From the NCBI RefSeq assembly GCF_006345805.1, contig NW_021833941.1:1-52271 (forward strand): a DNA stretch of 52,271 bases, written 5' to 3'. Source of the DNA: Octopus sinensis. Taxonomy: Eukaryota. The position numbers were made by a program, and so were the translations under genes. Below the pieces are notes generated by a model. That model was not told where the DNA came from. It saw only the letters and a list, made by a program, of their open reading frames with translations, and searched no databases. This document shows positions 46,184 through 52,271 of the stretch, piece after piece (positions within the stretch are counted from its first letter, which is position 1; each line of letters starts with the position of its first letter).

Positions 46184-47130
46184 CCTTAAAGTTTAAAAAA
46201 ATTGCCATCCTATTATTTTTTTTAAGCAGATAAAGAACTATAAATTTGGTCTTACCAAAAGCAAAGTGGATCTTGGATTGTTACATTATGAATTGAAACG
46301 TGGATCCTTCAATAAAAAATCTGCCAATTAATAAATGAAAATTTGTTTACGAAAAGTCAGGAAAGTTTAAAATTTCCCAATCGTGCTAGTTGTAGATCAG
46401 GGGTTCTCAAGTGCGGCCCCGAGAATCTTTTTGCAACATGAGTATGTCCATACTAACTTCCAATTTGCTGAGTTCTGTAGCAAAATACAGTAGAATATTC
46501 ATTTAACAAAAATGAAATTTTAGCATTTGTTAAATTTATTTAACGAAAAAATTATCTAAAGATGACAACAACTTATAATGCCAATGAATTGCCGATAAAT
46601 TTTCATTTCTGTTTAAATTGAACATTTGCAGGAGGAAATTTAACGCTATTTTAAAGAGTTGTGAGTCAATTCTGGAACAACTTGAAAACTCACAACAAGA
46701 ATGAAATGACTTTCCGGGACAAAAAAATTTTTTACAATAAAACAAGAAAATATCTTTAGTCAAAATTAACTAAGAAATTCGATTATATTTTTGAACTGAA
46801 TGAACTTTGTCTAGAAATTTTTGACTAGTAAAAATCGTAAATAGCCCTTCTGTAAATGTAAACATGTTGACATGTCACTCATTTCGCTCATGCCGGCCAC
46901 ACTTTTTTTTCATAGAAAGAGAACATGTTACCAAGGAACTAACTAATCCAAACAAAGTCATGTGTTTCTTCTGCTCCATTTTGTCTCCCCATTTTTGTTG
47001 TGCGGCCGATTAAGACATCCTGTTCCGCCGTGATAACACTGATGACGGCGTCACTCGTCAATCCAGGTGCATATTGGACGCATTAAACCTTCAGCCGGGG
47101 TGATAGCAGAGGGATTCGAACCAGGGAATA

Positions 47131-48633
47131 CAGTGCTTGACAAAAGAAATTAGATTTGTAATAAATCGACTTTTTTTAAATAAATTATAATTTAATTTTC
47201 TTAAATCATTCTTGGCAAAATTAGAATTTTTTTTAATTTTTAAAATTATTATTGGCTTTTAGAATTTAATTTTAAAGCAGAATTTAAAATTTGCCGGACA
47301 AAAAAAATTGGATTTTTTTATTTTGATGAAACAAATTAAAATTGCTTCATAAACTTCCAAACTTCTTTTTTTCATTGACATAACTAAATTTTCTAGGTAT
47401 TTTTTCGGTATTGACTCCCATATCACAACTAATTTTGTCTCCAAATCTTTCAAGTTTTTCGGCGGTTTTTGCAATAATTTTCTCTTCATCATTACCCAAA
47501 CATGCTCAATTGGATTAAGGTCAGGTGATTGAGACGGCCAATCAAGAATTTTATATTTTCTATCGCATATAAATTCTTTAACTACTCGAGAATCGTGGCA
47601 TGGAGCATTATCTTGTTGAAAAATAAATGAGTTTAACCCCATTTTTAGAGCTGATTGCTGCAGATTATTCGACAAAATGTTTAAATAATAAGCACTGTTC
47701 ATTTTTCCATTTATAATAACAAGATTACCGACGCCTTCATATGAGAAACATCCTCAAACCATTAACTTTCCTCCACCATACTTAACAGTAGGTACAATAT
47801 TGGACTTTTCATAGGCAGTACCGTTTTCACGATAAACAATTTTTCTTGTTTTGCTGTTATAGACCTCAAAACATGACTCATCGGAGAAGATGACTTTCTT
47901 CCATTCTTCGTCAGATATGGCTAAAAACTTTTTCGCAATTAACCATCTGGATTCGATGTTTTTTGATGTCAAAAGAGGTTTGTGTTTTGCAACTCGGGCA
48001 TGTAATCCAAATGAATTTGGTATACGACCAATTGTTCTGGGAGATACGTCCACATTAAATTGAGTTTTTGTTATCTCAGAAAGAGACACAGCAGAAATTG
48101 AGGGTTCATCCCTCGAGATTAATTGTATTGTTTTTTTGATCTAAAGAGAGTTTTGGTAAACGTCTAGATCCAATTTTTCGCGTAGTGCTGCCTTCTTTGG
48201 AAAATTTTCTTGTCACAAATCCCACGGTCGATCTGGAAATTTTCAGTATTTTGGATATCTCTTCAATTGTTTTTCCTGAAGAGTAATATCCAATTATTAC
48301 TCCTTTTGTAAAATCAGATAAATGAATTTTTGAATTACGCTTCATTTATACGAGAACAGATCAAAAACAACAAAAATCCAATTTTTTTGTCCGGCAAATT
48401 TTAAATTCTGCTTTAAAATTAAATTCTAAAAGCCAAAAACAATTTTAAAATTAAAAAAATAATTCTAATTTTACCAAGAATGATGTAAGAAAATTAAATT
48501 ATAATTTATTTTAAATTTTATTAAGAAAAGTTAACAAAGCCATCTTAATAAAATAAAACAATTGGCATTCAAAAAAAAATTTATTTAAAAAAAAGTCGAT
48601 TTATTACAAATCCATTTTTTTTGTCAGGCACTG
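47131..48633 (-). mobile_element. Tc1 element, copy B
   Basis: Same ORFs and frameshifts at offset 40825. Confidence 0.95.
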
Positions 48634-50616
48634 TACACCAGGCTCTTCAAGCACTGCGTCATTATTTCAATAAAATCAATGCACGGCATCTCAATGTTCA
48701 ATTTACAATTCAATAATGATTTGAAGATTTCTTTTTTCATTCGACCTCTTGCTTTTGACCAAGTGACATTCATAATTCAAAATATTCTTTCTACAGGAGC
48801 AGTAGAGCCAAGTGGGCAAAATACATATTCGATTATTTTAATAAAATTTGGAATTTGAATAGTCTTTTCATTAAAATATTTACAAGCATGCATCCAATTT
48901 AATTCTTTAATTATCCTGGTTAGTTTTCCATTCCTTATTTTTTGTTGACCAGAACAATTTAACATTCACAAATTCATCAAATAAATCGTTGACATTTATA
49001 TCTTTGAATCCAATTGCTTTATTAATTTTTTCTCCGGAGTGTGGAAAAAATTAAAGGACGGAGAAAATCTTAATGTATTACGAAACGTTGCCCACAATAG
49101 AGGGATATAGGATAAACTAATAATTCTTATTGTTTCCAGTCCGGCACAAGCTTTGTCATGATTTATGACATACTAAAATTTATTTAAAATTAAGTTTTAA
49201 TGACTACTAGTACAATTTGGAATCATTTGCTTTATCCTTGATACAACTCCATAAACATTATAAGAAATTTTGCGGAACCCTAAAATTAATTCGCGGAACT
49301 CATGTTGGGAACCCCAGCTCTAAAGATTATAAAAAAACCAAAAAGTACCAAGCAACAGGATACATGAGCACCTCAAAGTTAGAAAAATAAGTTATCACTG
49401 ATAACTTATCAGAAATCTAGTTTTTTTCAAAGGTGAAAAGTTAAAAAAAATCGAGATTTACATTTAAATAAATTACTGGATTAGATTAATGAAATTCAAA
49501 ACTTTCAAAAGCCATGAAACCAAAGCACTACATGATGAATCCAATGAATTTTCAAGAGATTAAAAACCGCGCTTAACCAGAACCGTGTGGCCTGCTTCCT
49601 CTCCGCTCCACATCAAAACGGTAGTGTCTTACTCATTTCCAACGGTATCCTTGGGACTCTTTTCGAGAACAGCTCTCTCCAAACTGGTGTCGCCATCCGG
49701 CTCGGATTAAAACACGCACATTGCATGGATATTTCTACGGGAGCACATTAGGCGTGAACGGGCGAATTTTCCTTCTTGCCGACACAGTCCCGGCCGCTTT
49801 TCCAGACATAGGGCTGAACGACGCTTAACGATTTCACGTTTTGAGCAGTCCAGGGCACTTCTTTCCCTTCAATCTTTGAACGAGTCGGTCTATTCTCATT
49901 CCACGAAGGAAATTCATTCGCGTGGGATGCAACATGCACCGTACGTTTTTTGTCCTGAATATGCCTTCTGAATCCTCTGGTGCGCTGCAAAGTGTGATCC
50001 GGTTGCATTCGAAACCTTAGACGTCTAGAAGATCTCACTACGCCGTTGATCATATATTTTGGTAAAAGGATATTTACCCGTAGAAGTGAACTACAAAAAT
50101 TATCTTGGTTTTGGCAAATAATCTCGATAGGCATTTTTTGTGAAAAGTCAATCAATTCATTCCTTCACAAATAAAATCGTTTTTATCAAAGGAAAAATCA
50201 AAGAAATCAAAATATTTGTCCTATATTTGTCAGGTGGATTATATTGACTTTTCTAATAATAGCTTAAACACATAGGTTAGAAAAGATTTGAAGAAATATT
50301 CATTATTAAAAATTTGCTCGAGATAAAAACAATCCAGAAGTTGTTAGGAAAAGTTTACTGATTATTTATAACAAGGATAAGTTCAAAGTGAGATATTTTT
50401 TCATTTTCAAAGATTAAAAATTGTAAAATAACCCCACAATCACGTGGGAATAAATAATCAATAGTCACGAAATATTTCTAAATAAAAAGGCGACACAGGC
50501 GATGTCGACGGTCGTCAATATTTCGTTTCGTTTCCAGTTAAAGTATTATAGCACTACTGACTGAATATATTTGCTAAGTAATATATATTGGTCTTAATCT
50601 TACTTTGATCTATAGA

Positions 50617-51804
50617 ATGAACTTTGATCCGAATGAAGAATTCCAGATTAATCCAAACTTGCAACCACACATATCTCATAGCAAACACAATTCCGACCAG
50701 ACACAACCAGTGGACACAAATAATTACGTATATAAAAATACAACCTAATTTGTTAAGACGGGCCAGGACAAGGCTCGAATTATTGATATTGAAAACAAAT
50801 TGACTAGAAAAATGTTACAAATTAACAATATTCTCAAAAACTATCAATATAAATTCTTTCAAAATAATGTATTACAACTTTTATATTTTACAATATATTT
50901 ATTCATGATGTTTATACTAAAATAATCAATAGCTAGATATTCATTTCTACTGGGAAGACTTTGCCAAAGCATTTTTTAACGATTCAGCTTCTATTAGACT
51001 AATTGGCAACTTTCGAAACAAAGACAGGACCTTCGGTATTCTTGAATATGCTCAATCTGATAGTGGTACAAAGAAGAAATATTGGACAATTCTTTTCCAA
51101 GTTTTTTCAAGATAAAGCTACAGAACTTGAATTTATGATCTCCTTTCCTGAACACTCCCAAATTATCAATAATGAATATTTTGGCTTACACAAAAATTCT
51201 TATATGCGAACAGAATACCAATCAGGAACGTCTGATAAACTCCAAATTCACAGTGTTATGGCTTGTGGAAATTTTAATGTTTGTTTTGATTGCGATGATC
51301 TCCTATTTCGCAATTGGGTTCTCCATTTTACGAAGATCAGTGAATTTCTAAACAAATCATACCAAACATTATTCTATTTACTCGAAAATATTTCTGATAA
51401 CGGATTTCCGCCATCAGTCATTAGTTTTCTCGAAGTTTTCTTTATATTTTAATTTAAAGCTTTTGGAGTCCACCCAGCCAGTGAGGTGCATGATACCAAG
51501 TTTAAATATGCCTGAAGGAACCAAGCCTGCTCTAGAACCCTTAAGGACTGTTTCGACAGCGGAAAGAATAAATAAAGTGGAATCTAATGACCAAAGAAAA
51601 AGCAATGCTCAGCGAGATGGGGGTAAGAGAAGAAATAGTCGGAACAACGCAGATAGCACTGATTCGGTAACTCTTAATACACCTATTTTCAATGAAAAGA
51701 ATTTACAAAATACCAAGAAAAGGTACAAACTAACAACGATGACTACCGAAGAAGGTATACAATCAGAGAGTGAGACGTATGAAGATGATTTATTTCTTTT
51801 TTAA
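50617..51804 (+). CDS. Ldb: Ldb/Chip-like gene, copy B, last exon open
   Basis: Same exons. ATTTTCAATG (versus ATTTTAATG in copy A) keeps the frame to ...YEDDLFLF*. Confidence 0.75.
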
Positions 51805-52271
51805 TTCAAATTTCACATTTTTTATAAAATTTACTTTTTGGTGTAATCAGTGAGCTCGAATTTTCAATAGGTTTTAATAGGTTCTTTTGTTTTATAAAAA
51901 AATTGCGTTATACTTCATAAAAAATATTATCCTAATACTCCGAGTAAATTATGTCTTACTGGTGAACTTTCTGAATGTTAATCAATTAATTTAATAAATT
52001 AAAAAGGCTGATTCTTTACTGGGAGAGAGGCTAACGCGAAGAGTTCGAGCGTACTATCGCGAGGGATATCCGCTCAAAAAACTATTTCGATTTGCAGGCG
52101 TCCCCTGTGAGTGTCGACATCCGAGACCCGATCTCCTGGACGAAGCTAATTGTTTTTCCACCCAAGGAACCCGACGTCTCAACTGCGAATGGAAGGAATT
52201 TGTATTTCTCCACAAGTGAAGAATACTTCCGCATCTTTCTGCATTCAGCAGTTGTGACGATTGATCCAGGG

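Larger units (their letters stand above)
41336..52271 (+). repeat. Copy B of the direct repeat, running off the window end
   Basis: Matches 1..11445 apart from scattered SNPs, +~186 bp (46078-46263), -699 bp (copy A 4910-5608) and a few 1-bp indels. Confidence 0.98.

Noticed and set aside
1-52271. Microsporidian, bacterial or viral origin
   Set aside because: Intron-dense genes, VWA3A, Ldb and SLC6 point to an animal nuclear genome. No operons, capsid or polymerase genes were seen.

Overview
AT-rich eukaryotic nuclear DNA in the standard genetic code, almost certainly from an animal (VWA3A, Ldb/Chip and an SLC6 remnant are present). Spliceosomal introns are tiny (mostly 23-31 nt, up to about 65 nt). 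This is typical of miniaturised parasites such as dicyemid mesozoans, but the taxon is inferred, not proven. Bases 1-11445 recur as a near-identical direct repeat at 41336-52271, so the window is one ~41.3-kb unit plus the start of a second copy (tandem duplication, circular molecule or haplotype-joining artefact). Host genes, reconstructed by hand through their introns: MSH6 (x2), a divergent Ldb/Chip-like gene (x2), VWA3A, PRP38A, an MSS51_C/ZMYND15-like gene, one weak hypothetical gene and SLC6 pseudo-exons. Roughly 55-60% of the unit (hand estimate) is nested transposons: Tc1, pogo/Tigger, several hAT remnants, a Ginger-like integrase, MITEs, and RTE, I-group/Vingi-like, R4-like and CRE-like LINEs. 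Best leads: (1) the 41.3-kb repeat, whose two copies each carry a different derived deletion; (2) a TACCATTT-terminated IS630/Tc1-like foldback family with 21/41-bp subterminal arrays, two of whose three members carry TSD-flanked CRE-retroposon insertions, one creating a stand-alone restriction-like nuclease ORF; (3) a TSD-flanked LINE with a 5' inversion matching twin-priming geometry outside the L1 clade. No CRISPR, rRNA or intact tRNA gene was found. Family assignments come from motif recognition, not database searches.
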